The translations under genes were made by a program, and so were the position numbers. The notes beneath the pieces are model-generated. The model worked only from the letters and a program-made list of their open reading frames with translations. It was not told the DNA's origin and made no database searches. Below are positions 14,266 through 25,680 of a DNA stretch of 64,000 nt, piece by piece. This DNA comes from Hamiltosporidium tvaerminnensis FI-OER-3-3. Taxonomy: Eukaryota; Fungi; Microsporidia. How positions within the stretch are numbered: position 1 is the first letter of the stretch; each line of letters begins with the position of its first letter. The DNA lies in the NCBI GenBank assembly GCA_022605425.2, contig CM061247.1, positions 1,736,001 through 1,800,000 of the forward strand, read 5' to 3'.

Positions 14266-15192
14266 AAAAATTAGATTATCTAATACATATATTATTATAA
14301 TATTTTACATTCGTACATATTAAAAATCCTCATATTCATTCTTAATATAAGATCTAATTTGTTTTCAAACTAAATTTATTGCAAATATTTTTATTGTTTT
14401 TATGATTTGTCTTTTATAGAAATTTAATTATTAAATAATTTAATATTTGTTTCGTACTCGTTCCTCAATTTTGAGTTTTTTACCATCAAAGTATAATTTT
14501 TATATAAAAATGTGCTATAACTTTCAACAGTATTTTATAAATTCAAACAAAAGATTTTTTTGTTTATGTAAGGACTATCTAATAAATATTTTCTAAATTC
14601 TGATTATGTTTGAACATTCTTAGATACCTTTGAACAATTTCAAAGAAAATATCTAAAGTTTCAAGAACCATCTAAATTGTCATTCTAAACAAGAATATCT
14701 CATTCACAGAGAAACTAGATGAATAGAATTATTCATTGGTAATTTTAAAGAAATAAACTGTTTAATTTATTTAATAATTTTTTTATGTATTTGATGAAAA
14801 ATTTAATTTCCGTGTTTTGGATTTACATTGTTTCTTAGAACCATTGGTTGGTTAATTTTATATTATAACAGAGGGAACTCCTATTGGTAGACTTTTTATC
14901 CTTCGAATAAGAAAAGTTTGTTTTGGACTGAAAATCTAGCTTTTCAAATGAAAAATATCCAGAACACTTTAATAAATGGCGAAGATTTAATTCACTTGCG
15001 TATTGTGTTTTCAAATATAAAGAATTAAAAAATATATTTGTGTAAAGAACTGTAAAATAATAATTAGTCACAGTTTTGGTTAATTTATGTTTAAAAATAA
15101 AATAAAAAAATTCTTTTTTTTTTCTCAAAGAGTTTATTTGATAATTCTTTATTCCAATTTTTTTTAGATTTTATTAATTACGAAAAATTTTA

Positions 15193-15465
15193 ATAGATAG
15201 GCAAAAACTACGCTGGTTCAGGCATTGAAGCAGAATGGAAAATAAAAAAATATCAAGGCGAACATTTGAAACAAGATTTGAGGGCAAAATACCGAGTGGG
15301 AGACTGATACCGAAATGACTTGACTCATTAAATCCGGTCTTCAATGAAAGAGGAACTGACACAGAAAATGCCAGGGAATTGACCAGCGACAGAATATATT
15401 AGCGTTATATGTGTTTATCCTCAACACCGAGTGGTACAAGAGGACTGGAATAAGTAAGTAAGTAA
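15193..15465 (+). mobile_element. 5'-truncated 3' end of an RTE-clade LINE with a (TAAG)n tail
   Basis: Translates as DRQKLRWFRH*SRM...EGKIPSGRLIPK*, resembling the RLRWFGHxxRM...RPxGRP C-terminus of RTE-type ORFs. Ends GGACTGGAATAAGTAAGTAAGTAA. Confidence 0.75.
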
Positions 15466-16042
15466 TTTTAAAAATAAAAAAAATTTTATAAAATTTTTAA
15501 TCTCATAAATTTTTTTTACAAAATAAATTGTAGACTAAAATTTTCTAATCGTTCCATTTTATACAGATCCCAATCAAATATACCTTTAAATAAAAAACTT
15601 TACAATTAAGAATTATCAAATACTTATTATGGCTTTACCAATCTTCTTTATTAGTAAACCAAATTATTGTTTAATTAACATATTTTTTAAAATTATTTAT
15701 TCTATAGAGAATTCCACTACTATTTGATGTAAAATAAAAGCCTTAAAAGTAAGATAAAAAAATTTTAAAAAATGAGAAATTTAATTTTTAAAAAACAAAA
15801 ATGAATAAAAATTGATAAAATGTGGTGAAATTTAAAAATTATTTATTTTAATTGTAATTTATTTATATTTCATTTAATTTTTATTAAATTTTTCTATCAA
15901 ATTAAAAATTACTTTTCTTTTCTTTTTAACAAAAGAGTCATGTTGTAATAAATTCTTCTGGTGAATTAAAATTTACGTAAAGAAAATAGAAATTTACGTA
16001 AAAGAAAAACATCTAATTTTAATTAAAACGTGTAATTATAAT

Positions 16043-16146
16043 TAAAACTTGTAACTTAATAAATTCTAATACAAAATAAAAAACTTGTAACTTAATAAAT
16101 TCTAATACAAAATAAAAAACTTGTAATTCAATAAAAACTTGTAATT
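16043..16146. repeat. 37-bp tandem repeat, about 2.5 copies, with extra AAAACTTGTAA units
   Basis: AAAACTTGTAACTTAATAAATTCTAATACAAAATAAA is duplicated. Confidence 0.8.
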
Positions 16147-16244
16147 TTAATGAAAATCTAGATTTTTTATTTTTTAAAAATAATCAAAAGATTCGAACAG
16201 AACAAAATTGCAAATTTTAAAAAATGTAGCCTTCGATCTTTCAA

Positions 16245-16703
16245 ATGCAAGGTTATGAGAATACCAATAATAAATATACTACATGTTCAGTTAAACCAGA
16301 TGTATTAGATAGTACAGAAGTATGTGATAGTAATACAAATATATTCTTTGTTTCTGATATAGACAATACAGAACTGAATAACAAATACAAGATACATTTT
16401 ACACAATACAAAGCAATAAATAAAACAAAATTAATTGTAAAGATTTCAGATGATTTAGAAAAAGTTTGTAATTTTATTTTTAGAATATTGAATTACAGGA
16501 AATACAATTATTTAAATGTTATGGTAAAGTATAAATATTTTCATAAGTTTGATATAAATATTATGGAAAAGTTTACTTATGATTGTTATAATATTGGATA
16601 TAATATATTGTTTAGTTATAATTGTAAAAATAAAATATTAGAAGATGATTTCGTAGATTTTATTGAAATCCACAAAATAGAACATGGAAATTATTTTGGA
16701 TAA
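16245..16703 (+). CDS. Hypothetical protein, possibly ornithine decarboxylase antizyme-like
   Basis: Intact 152-aa ORF with AATAAA after the stop. The C-terminal pattern LIVKI...FHK...IGYNIL loosely resembles the antizyme LYIEI...FHK...LGFEIV. The CDS is likely; the family call is weak. Confidence 0.6.
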   Translation: MQGYENTNNKYTTCSVKPDVLDSTEVCDSNTNIFFVSDIDNTELNNKYKIHFTQYKAINKTKLIVKISDDLEKVCNFIFRILNYRKYNYLNVMVKYKYFHKFDINIMEKFTYDCYNIGYNILFSYNCKNKILEDDFVDFIEIHKIEHGNYFG

Positions 16704-16755
16704 AAAATAAATGTTTTAATTGTTTTTTATTTGTTTTTTGTATTTTTTAAAGAAG

Positions 16756-16884
16756 TTTGATTTGCTTTTGATTTGCTTTTGATTTGCTTTTGATTTGCTT
16801 TTGATTTGCTTTTGATTTGCTTTTGATTTACTTTTGATTTACTTTTGATTTACTTTTGATTTATTTCTTATTTGCTTTTGATTT
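16756..16884. repeat. 11-bp minisatellite (TTTTGATTTRC), about 11 copies
   Basis: About six TTTTGATTTGC units, then three TTTTGATTTAC units, then decay. Confidence 0.92.
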
Positions 16885-17173
16885 AAGTTTCATGAATTTC
16901 TTTTATCTTTGAATAAAATATTTATATTAAACGTTCAAACAAGCAAAATTTTTATATTCTTTTTTTAAAAATAGAAGTTTGGCTGTAAGAATTTGTATAT
17001 TTTTCTAATATAAATGAAGTAAAAAATTCTTTAATTTTTTTTAAATTAAATAGAATTTAGCCACGAGATATTGATTTTAAGAAAATAGATCTTTAGTTTA
17101 CTAGAATGCTATAATAATATGTAAGAAGAAATGAGGAAACTGTACTATTTTATTTTTTCAAATAAATAACCCT

Positions 17174-17368
17174 ATGGGTAAACAGATAAATTGTAAGAAA
17201 GAATGGCATCCGAGTAGATATGAAACAAGAATGAAAGTAGCTGAGGCGGAAGAAAAAGAGGCAGGTAATGAGTTGGTGAAGGAAAGAAGAAGGAAAAATT
17301 ATCTGAAAGAACAAAATATTAATGATGAAGGAAGAATGGCTTGGATGTTAGATGATTTTAAAGAATAA
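17174..17368 (+). CDS. CWC25: CWC25/CIR N-terminal domain protein (reduced splicing factor)
   Basis: MGKQINCKKEWHPSRYETRMKVAEAEEKE matches the Cir_N motif (KKxWHP...VxxAE). A WM motif lies near the C-terminus, and the start context is AACCCT-ATG. Confidence 0.75.
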   Translation: MGKQINCKKEWHPSRYETRMKVAEAEEKEAGNELVKERRRKNYLKEQNINDEGRMAWMLDDFKE

Positions 17369-17439
17369 ATGTTGCATAAATAAATTCGTGCTATATTATG
17401 TTAAATTATTAATTCAATTTAAAAATTATTTATACCCCT

Positions 17440-18453
17440 ATGGAGTCTTATAGACTCAATGAACTGGTGAAAAACAAAAATAACCTTATTATTGTTCATA
17501 CTACAGAATATTCTTATCTTATCCCAAATATTCAATCTGAAATAGAAAATTTAAATCAGAATTGTAATGTCTTTATAATTTTGCAAAAAGATTTAATTTG
17601 TAGTCAAAAAATAACTGCACAATACGATTCTATTATAATTATTGGTTCGTTATGTCCACTTCATAGTGATTTCAAAAATTCATATATTTTTAAATTTGAA
17701 CTTCCCATACAAAATACTTCGATTTTGTTTGATGGTCGAAGAAAATTATTTATAGATAAAATTTTTAGAACGGAAAATACTTTTTCGAATGAAATTCAAT
17801 GTACAAATAATATAAATTTGGACAAAAAAAATCTTGAAAATGATGATATTTTGATTGTAAGTCACAATCAGAAAATTTTTGATTACTTTTTTTATGAACA
17901 CTCATCGTGCGATCCATATTTTACAGAAAAGATTACAAAGAAAGACAAATGCAGATTTCTGATTTCAAGATGGAGTAGAATAGAAAAAATTAAAGAAAAA
18001 AATGTCTTTGGGATATTTTTCGCTTCCAAGGAATACACAGATTTAGCCAATGAAGTGAAAAGATTTCTATTAAAAAAGGAAAAAAGAGTGTTTTTGTTCT
18101 TTTTGAAAGATATTTCATCCGAAAGACTGACAGCAATTGATGGTTTAGAATGTGCTGTAATAATTGATTGTCCTCTGTTTATAAACTTTGACATACAGTG
18201 TCTCATTCCTGTTGTGACTCCTTATGAAATTACATTAGCCTATGAAGAACACTGGGATGGTCGATATTTTATTAATAGATTTGAAGTTTCTGAACAACTT
18301 TGCGAATCAGAAATCGTTAAATATTTTGATCCTGTAAATGTTATTGTTAGAAGCGATTTCAAAGGATTGGAATATGATGGTGAGGATGTCAATGAAATAG
18401 AAGAAGGTAGAAAAGGAATACCAAGAGAATATAATCTGGATTATGAATTTTAA
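17440..18453 (+). CDS. DPH2: Diphthamide biosynthesis protein 2
   Basis: 337 aa with ERLTAIDGLECAVIIDCP...PVVTPYE and a C-terminal EEGRKGIPREY typical of Dph2. Start context ACCCCT-ATG. Confidence 0.8.
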   Translation: MESYRLNELVKNKNNLIIVHTTEYSYLIPNIQSEIENLNQNCNVFIILQKDLICSQKITAQYDSIIIIGSLCPLHSDFKNSYIFKFELPIQNTSILFDGRRKLFIDKIFRTENTFSNEIQCTNNINLDKKNLENDDILIVSHNQKIFDYFFYEHSSCDPYFTEKITKKDKCRFLISRWSRIEKIKEKNVFGIFFASKEYTDLANEVKRFLLKKEKRVFLFFLKDISSERLTAIDGLECAVIIDCPLFINFDIQCLIPVVTPYEITLAYEEHWDGRYFINRFEVSEQLCESEIVKYFDPVNVIVRSDFKGLEYDGEDVNEIEEGRKGIPREYNLDYEF

Positions 18454-19104
18454 TAATTTATTTCTATTTTTGAACACATAAATAAATATCGGAATTTTTA
18501 TACTTTTATAAGTCTATTTCAAATTTTTTCTAAAAATAATAAATTCAGCAATTCAATTAAATCCAATATATCTTCGAATTAGATTTATTTTATAATATTT
18601 TTATGCATTTATATAAAGTGCTGCTATATTATGCAATAAAATTTTACATGTTTTAATATTCTTGAAAGAAATATTGCGTATTAACAAATAATTTTTAATC
18701 ACCATTATATGTTTAAGAAAGAAATATACAAGGTTCGATATCAAGTTTAAATATAAAAATTAATTTACGTTTCAATTAATTTATTCTTCATATAAAATCT
18801 GTTTTCATTTAAACAGAATAAAAAATACAGTCTGACAATAAAATATTAAGAATATAAAAGTATAAATCTTTAGAAATTGATCTTAAAATATTTTCTTTAT
18901 AGTTTATTCAAATTAGCTAAAACTTTATTAAAAACCCGTTGTTTTATACCAAATTGAATCTAATTTAAATAACTTTTCTATAAACAGATAAATTTAGGTA
19001 AAAAAAAGTTTCTAATTTTATAAAATAATTTATGAATTTTTTAAAAAGTGATATTTTTTTAATTAAATAATTTTAAAATGTGTTCGTCTTTAGAAAATTA
19101 GATA

Positions 19105-19625
19105 TTTATTTAATAAAATTCTGGGTTAACAAATTTTTCTCTTTTCTAAATAATTCTTTCCACCATTTCAACCACTTCTATCTCTTCCTCCAACTCCAAC
19201 TCTTCATTTGTATTAGTTGATGGTTCCTTTGCTGTGGTTATACCATCCAAAATAAAGGGGACTTTATTTTTTGGTTTAAAATTTTTTGCATCATCTTCCT
19301 CTCTCTTCTCTTCTTTTAAAGGGGGTGTTGGTTCCCCATGCATCTCTGCTCTCATAATAACACCCATTGACGCTCTCTCCCTGCTCTCTTCGGCATTTAG
19401 TCCTGACTCAAGTCCTCTTCGTCGATCAAAGGAAATTGTTTCGACTGTCTTCTTGAGTACTATGGATTGTATATATGCCTCTACATTCATGGGTATTTGC
19501 AGTCTCTTAACATACGTCTTATTATTTTGTCACAATACCGTCCCAGGTCATCACATAAGGAATTATCTCTACACTGCATTTATAAATAAGACCTAACTCA
19601 TTTGCTAATAGGTCATACTTCCTAA
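19105..19625 (-). mobile_element. Young 5'-truncated RLE-type LINE 3' end
   Basis: Encodes RKYDLLANELGLIYKCSVEIIPYVMTWDG and the C-terminal tail, and ends GTTAACCCAGAATTTTATTAAATAAA. Exact 13-bp TSD AGAAAATTAGATA at 19092-19104 and 19626-19638. Confidence 0.92.
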
Positions 19626-19672
19626 AGAAAATTAGATAAAAAAATTTAGTTTTATTATTTTTTCTAAAATTT

Positions 19673-20400
19673 GTGGAGGGAGGATAACCACATAAAAAAC
19701 TTTCTGCTTGGCAATGAGTGTGTGAAACTGGTGTGAAGATCATTGTTTGGATTTTTGGTGGGAATACAACCACACTATATCTTCGGTTGTTCCATGGGAG
19801 TTGTTACGAGGAGGAGAGGTCTAAGAACTGGCGAAACTTTTTCTACAAATTTATTTGTAGTTTTTTATGTAACCAGATTGCAGACCGCAGCTGAACATGT
19901 AGGTAATTGCCATGTAAAAGCATGGAAACCTAGCCTTGCTCACTCGGGTTAGAAGACTTAGCGCCTGGGAGATATAAAACAAAAAACCATTTAAAGCCAG
20001 GAAAGCTAAGTAGCAGGTTATACCTGTTGGTATGACATTGCACTGTCTAGGTGAATCCTATGTAAATCTCTGAAATATATCTTAGCTAGATGTTTATTGG
20101 CTTCAGAAAGTGTAGAGTAAGTGAGAATGCTGCATAGTCTTGGGGGAGCCCAGGGGGGCTTCGGCCTTCAATCACAGTTCATGCAACGGACATTAACGAA
20201 CTCCGGGCAACTGCCTCGCTTATTAATTAGGTTCTACACACCTGGTAGATGAAAGGCTTTGGGACGTAGTTATCGCAGGGGTTACCGATGGAGTGTTGGG
20301 GTAGCAGTTATTTATGTTTTACCTAGAACTGCGTTAATGTCATAAAAACAAATATAAAACTTGCCATTATTTTAAAAAGATGTGATACTTTTAAATAAAG
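19673..20400 (+). mobile_element. ~730-bp retroposon, copy 3
   Basis: Full length. The 3' part shares diagnostic variants with copy 2. Confidence 0.92.
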
Positions 20401-22097
20401 TAATTAATTTTTATTATTGAATTGAGTCTATATTATCCTCAAATATTTAGAATTAGAAAGAATTTATTTCTACCGATACTTTAAAATAAAAAACGAATAA
20501 AATAAATATTGAGTTGGACAATGAAGATAAAATAAGTGAAATGCGTTGATAATGAAATATTCATATTTTAATTTAAAGACAAATACGAAAGAAATGTTTA
20601 CGAAATTTTTAACCTTAAAACCAAATTAACTGTTTCTAAATATATTATATTTTATGTTATATCTAAACAAATACTCTATTTGAATTCGAATTCATATAAT
20701 GAAATTGATATGCATATTTAAGAAGGATCTAATTAATACAGCAAATGATTTTTGTAGATACAAAATTTTAATTACAGTTTTTTTAAAGAAATTGAAAAGT
20801 ATAAAGCATAACAGCTTACTAATCAAGGCTTTCTTTGTGCTTCAAAATTTTATAAAATAAGGTTCATTGAGTAATATCACAATGCCTTGAATTTTTAAAT
20901 TAATAAAATTTCAAATCTAAGAATCATAGAAATATACAAACTTTAAGAATTTTATTTCAGTTTAATTTAATTAAATATTGAAATAATATGTTCTGTCTAT
21001 ATTCTAGTCTATGGCTTTGAGAATGCTAAAACACTAAACATATCGATTATTGGAATTTAATTAGATCGTTTGTATTGAGGTTTTTTTGATACAGATTTAT
21101 GGATTTGAAAGTCCATAATTATGACTGGCGGTTTTTTAAGGATTTATTTGTGTGTTTATCCATTTCATAATTCTGAAAAATCATTGTATGTAATTTCTTC
21201 TTAGAAACATTTCTTAATCAACATAAGAAATGTGTTTTACAGAAACACGGATTTTATAGATAAATTCTACGGTTGTATCTCCGAACATGTAAATTTTAAA
21301 TGTATATGAGCAGATCAAAATCAAAAATCAAAAACGTTCTGTGAGTATAAAAAGTAATTATAATTGACTTTGTTCTTTTGACTCAATTTACGGTGAATTT
21401 TTTAATTCTCGAGAAACAATGAATTCATAAATTACAATATTTTACTCTGTAATTCTATATTTTTTAAAAAATCTATTTCTAGATTTGCATCTAAAAATAC
21501 CGAATAATTTATTTAAAAATATTTACATTTAAATGTTTATTTATATTTTACTATAAAACGTAAAGACAAATATTTTTTCAAAGTTATTCTAACAGAATCA
21601 CAAAAAATAGAGGGATTTTTTTCTTGTGCATTTCCTAGTCCATAAAATCTACATTATTTTTGATAAGAAGTCTATTTAATTCATTTCAGTTAAAATATTA
21701 TATTAAAAAACCTAAAGTTATCTGTGATACACTACTTCTACATAAATCTTTGAATTTGATATTATTTACACAGTAAAAGAATCTTTTAAATGCATTTTAT
21801 ATTTTTTTGCAAAAAAATTTTATTTGAAAAAACTACTGACTTGTAATTCATAATTTTTAATCAAACAGCTTTATGGATCAGAAACAATATTTGAAATAAA
21901 TAAACATTACAATCTAAATTGAAAATATAATCATTTAAAAGAGCATGATGATACATTGTTATATGAAACAATATGTTCTTTGATTTAAAATAAAAAATTA
22001 AAAATTATTTCGATCGACATTCAAAAATAAATATAAATATCGATAAAAAAAAATATTAGAAAAATAATAAATTAAAAAAATTAATTTCGCTCAATAA

Positions 22098-22646
22098 TTA
22101 TAAATTACTTTCAATACACGCATCTAATCTAATTTTTAAAGCCAAAATATCATTTTCTTCTTTATCTTCACTCATATTTTGTAAAATATTCAAATAGGAT
22201 ACAGCCATATCATCTGTTGTATCAGACATTATGTTCATCAATTCTTGATCGACATATTTGATATCAAATTTAGGATTTGTATTATTTAGTATCTCTATAA
22301 ATTCATAATAAGAATCATCAATATATTCACTAGCATTCTTAAGAAAAACCATACTGTTTCTTATGAGACTTTCATCTGAATTAAACCATTCCAAATTATT
22401 TTTGTTTTCTAAAATAATCATTCTAATTCTTTTCAAACCAAAAAAATGTTTCTTCTTTTTTATATGCAAATTTACATAAGATTCATCATTTTCGTTTTCA
22501 GAATATCTCACATAATCTATTTTATTTCTTTTTATGTTCAATTGTTCTTTAAACAAAGATTTTTTTAAATCTTTAATACGATATTTGCATTTTAAATAAA
22601 AAAGAGTCAAATTATCTTTTAAAGAAAGTTTTTTTTTAAAAAACAT
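22098..22646 (-). CDS. Hypothetical protein, ESCRT-III/Snf7-family-like
   Basis: Probable start MFFKKK follows CCACCCAA (182 aa). Basic helical N-half, acidic C-half and a C-terminal DILALKIRLDA resembling a MIM1 motif. Confidence 0.55.
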   Translation of the reverse strand: MFFKKKLSLKDNLTLFYLKCKYRIKDLKKSLFKEQLNIKRNKIDYVRYSENENDESYVNLHIKKKKHFFGLKRIRMIILENKNNLEWFNSDESLIRNSMVFLKNASEYIDDSYYEFIEILNNTNPKFDIKYVDQELMNIMSDTTDDMAVSYLNILQNMSEDKEENDILALKIRLDACIESNL

Positions 22647-23111
22647 TTGGGTGGATAAAAAAAAATTAAAATAAGAAATAAATAAATTTTGCATCAGAGA
22701 AACAATCATAATTTCTTTTTTATCAGATAATAAATTTGAATTATTTTTTATAATGAATAGAATAATCATATCATATTTAAAAGAATAAATACTGATTAAA
22801 AGTTTACTTAAACAAAGAATAAATTTTTCTATTCAAGATTAGAAGATTTTATGAAATTTTTTTGATACTATAAAAAAAATGCATGATATTATATTTTGTG
22901 TTCATTTTTATAAAGCTACTAATTTAAAATACACACACAAATACGAAGTGTGTTGTTTGTCTGGTAAAATTTATTTCAGATGAACTTAAACCCTATTTAT
23001 TTACAAAAAAATATTAAAAAACCAATATTTGATGAATCAATTCAATTAAGGAATGTACAAAATTTCAATCATATCATGGTTTATTTATTTTAATTTATTA
23101 TATTTAATAAT

Positions 23112-23812
23112 AGGCAGATGTTGAATACATATATTAAAAAACATCTGCTTGGAAATGAGCAGGCGAAATTGGTGTATAAATCATTGTTTAGATCATTGAT
23201 GGTAATGAAGCCACGAAGGTTTTTCGGTTGTTGATTGGGATTTTTACGAGAGGGAGAATGTTTACAAGCTGTTTAAAACTTTTCTATTACCATAGTCATG
23301 AGTTTATTATTTAAATAGATTAGAAACCAGCACTAAACTTGTATATAATATCATTAAAAACGCATGAAAACCTCAGCCTCGCTCACTTAAATTAGAATAT
23401 TTAAGCCTTGGAGATACAAAGAACATATATTTAAAATCCAAGAATACTAAGTAGCAGCTATATCATTTTTATGGAATTTGATGCCATGAAAACCCGATTT
23501 AAGCCACTGAGATATATCTTAACTGGAAGTCTGTTATCTTAGAAAGTGTAGAGTATGTTGGAAGGCTTCTGATATTGGAGGATACCGAGGTTGGTTTCGA
23601 CTTGCGATTTATCTATAAGAAACGGACATTAAAAGCAAAAAAGAAACTGTTCTGCTCATAAAATGGGTTCTATACATCTTTAAAATGAAAATATTTGGGT
23701 TTCGAACCGTAAGGAATACCGATGGAGTGTTAGAGAGCAGTTATTTATCATAAATCTAGAACAGCGTTAATTTCGCTAATCCATACAAAACACGTACTGT
23801 TTTTTTAAATAA
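23112..23812 (+). mobile_element. ~730-bp retroposon, old diverged copy 4
   Basis: Collinear motifs CTGCTTGGAAATGAG, CTAAGTAGCAG, AGAAAGTGTAGAGTA, AACGGACATTAA and CCGATGGAGTGTT. Confidence 0.85.
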
Positions 23813-25680
23813 GCCGAGCAAATTTTTGAACTAAAAAAACAGATTTGTGATCTTTTTAATTTTTTAAGTCAGTTACGAGAAAAAAGACGCAACAAATTTC
23901 TTGCTATTATTTTTTAATAAATTGAGAAAAATGAAAAATTAGGTAAATTAGAAAGATTAAAACGTAAAGTAAATTATAAAAATATTATACTACAGTTATA
24001 TTGCAATCTAAATGTTCTATCTTATTATTCTAAAGCATGATAAATCCGTGTTTCTCTCTAGCTATGCAGTTCCTTTTTTCGTGAATATAAAATATGGTAG
24101 AAAAATTTTAAGTGTGCAAATAGCTTTTAGGCTGAAAATTCCGATGTTTCTGCCTCTTTTTATATTTGAAATACCATGACCAAACCTATATTTAATTATA
24201 AATTGAATAGTAAGTTGTATACACGACAATAATTTATGAATAAAAACTTTCTTAAACATTAAAACAATGAAACAAAGCTTTTAGACATCTATCAGACCGA
24301 GAATCAAATATTTACATTTCTAAAAATTGAATTTTACATAGTTGGTTGTCTATTCAATGCCAAACCACTTTAATATCAAATTTTAAATACTAGCTGTTAT
24401 GCCCGTGGAAATGAACTTAATTTTTATTTAACAAAAAAATAAAAATATATTAAATTATCTTCTTAAGATCAATACATTGGTATAGGAGTTTGCTATATTA
24501 TCCAGACATTTAGAATCTCTCATAAACTGTTTACTCGTACATTTTTTAGTTTTTTATATCAGTATTTTTAGTTGCCTGAGCAATTTCGCAATAGAATTTC
24601 AAAATATATTTTATTTATCTGTATTAACCTCTCTCGAGGCACCCAGATAAAAGGTATCTTTGGTAGAGGCAGGTTCTATCAGTTGAATAAAAGGGTTTGT
24701 TATCCCGTGTAACCAAAGAGTTGTTTTGATTAACGAAAGATATTTAAAATAATATTCCAATTCTTCGTTTTACTTTCTTCCACCATTGGGGTTTAATAAC
24801 ATATAATTTTATATTTTATAAGGGAATTCAATAGCTCATAATTATGTAGTAGAATACTACCTTATCATATTTTTTAATTCTGTTTTATCAAGTTTTAAAT
24901 TTATATTAGTTTTAATTAATTCTTTTTTTTTGCTCAATCAAGATCTTGATTTATTTTAATCACCTTTGCCTAGTTTTTTGTTGGTATTCATTCATGTAAA
25001 GAGTCTTCTTTTCTAAAAACATTTTATATGTGGTATGCCGTATTATATAGATAATTCATCATTGTATTTCTTCCAAGATATTTTTATTGAACGTCTTTTG
25101 ATTGAATCAGGTATAAAATTTCATGAAACCATTCAACCAATAAATGTTTTATGCAATTATTATTGAGGATATAAATAAATTGCACAGAATAATGGTAAAA
25201 AAGGCATCATTTTTATTATTCAATTGCTTACATATTTTTAAAAAAAGCTTAAAAATAAATTCATAAAAATATAGGACCTTGAATTATATTTTAAAAATTG
25301 AAATTTCAAAAATGGTTTAAAATAAATTTTTAGTGCTATTCAAGCTAAAAACCAAAATATATCAAATAATTTCATAATATTTAATTTAAATATATTTTTG
25401 AACCAATAGAACCTTTTCAAGTGTTTATGTTCTACTTCTACACACTATTATTGGTTGTTTAAGATATATAGACCAAACCAAAGGATTCATATACTAAATT
25501 GGAGCACTCTTGTTGGTGTCTTGTATTTCGTCAACCAATTAAACATTTCGAGGGGAATCTTCGCCATCGTCGAGTCATTTTCATTGCTCGAATATATGAA
25601 TGATATACCCCTGGATTTTATATATTAAGCATTTAATTATTAAATCTTTTTTACGAAATAAATTTATTACCCATAAAATT

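Noticed and set aside
17892-18206. Antisense ORFs (also 19234-19596, 47668-47973, 48183-48425, 15174-15362)
   Set aside because: These are shadows of DPH2 or of LINE coding strands.
19825-20145. Group I intron P/Q/R/S-like words in the 730-bp element (CTGGCGAAAC, ACCGCAGC, GTTAGAAGACTTA, CATAGTCT)
   Set aside because: The order is suggestive, but P3 and P7 pairings are not convincing by eye and the TSDs indicate retroposition. An Infernal group I search would be needed.
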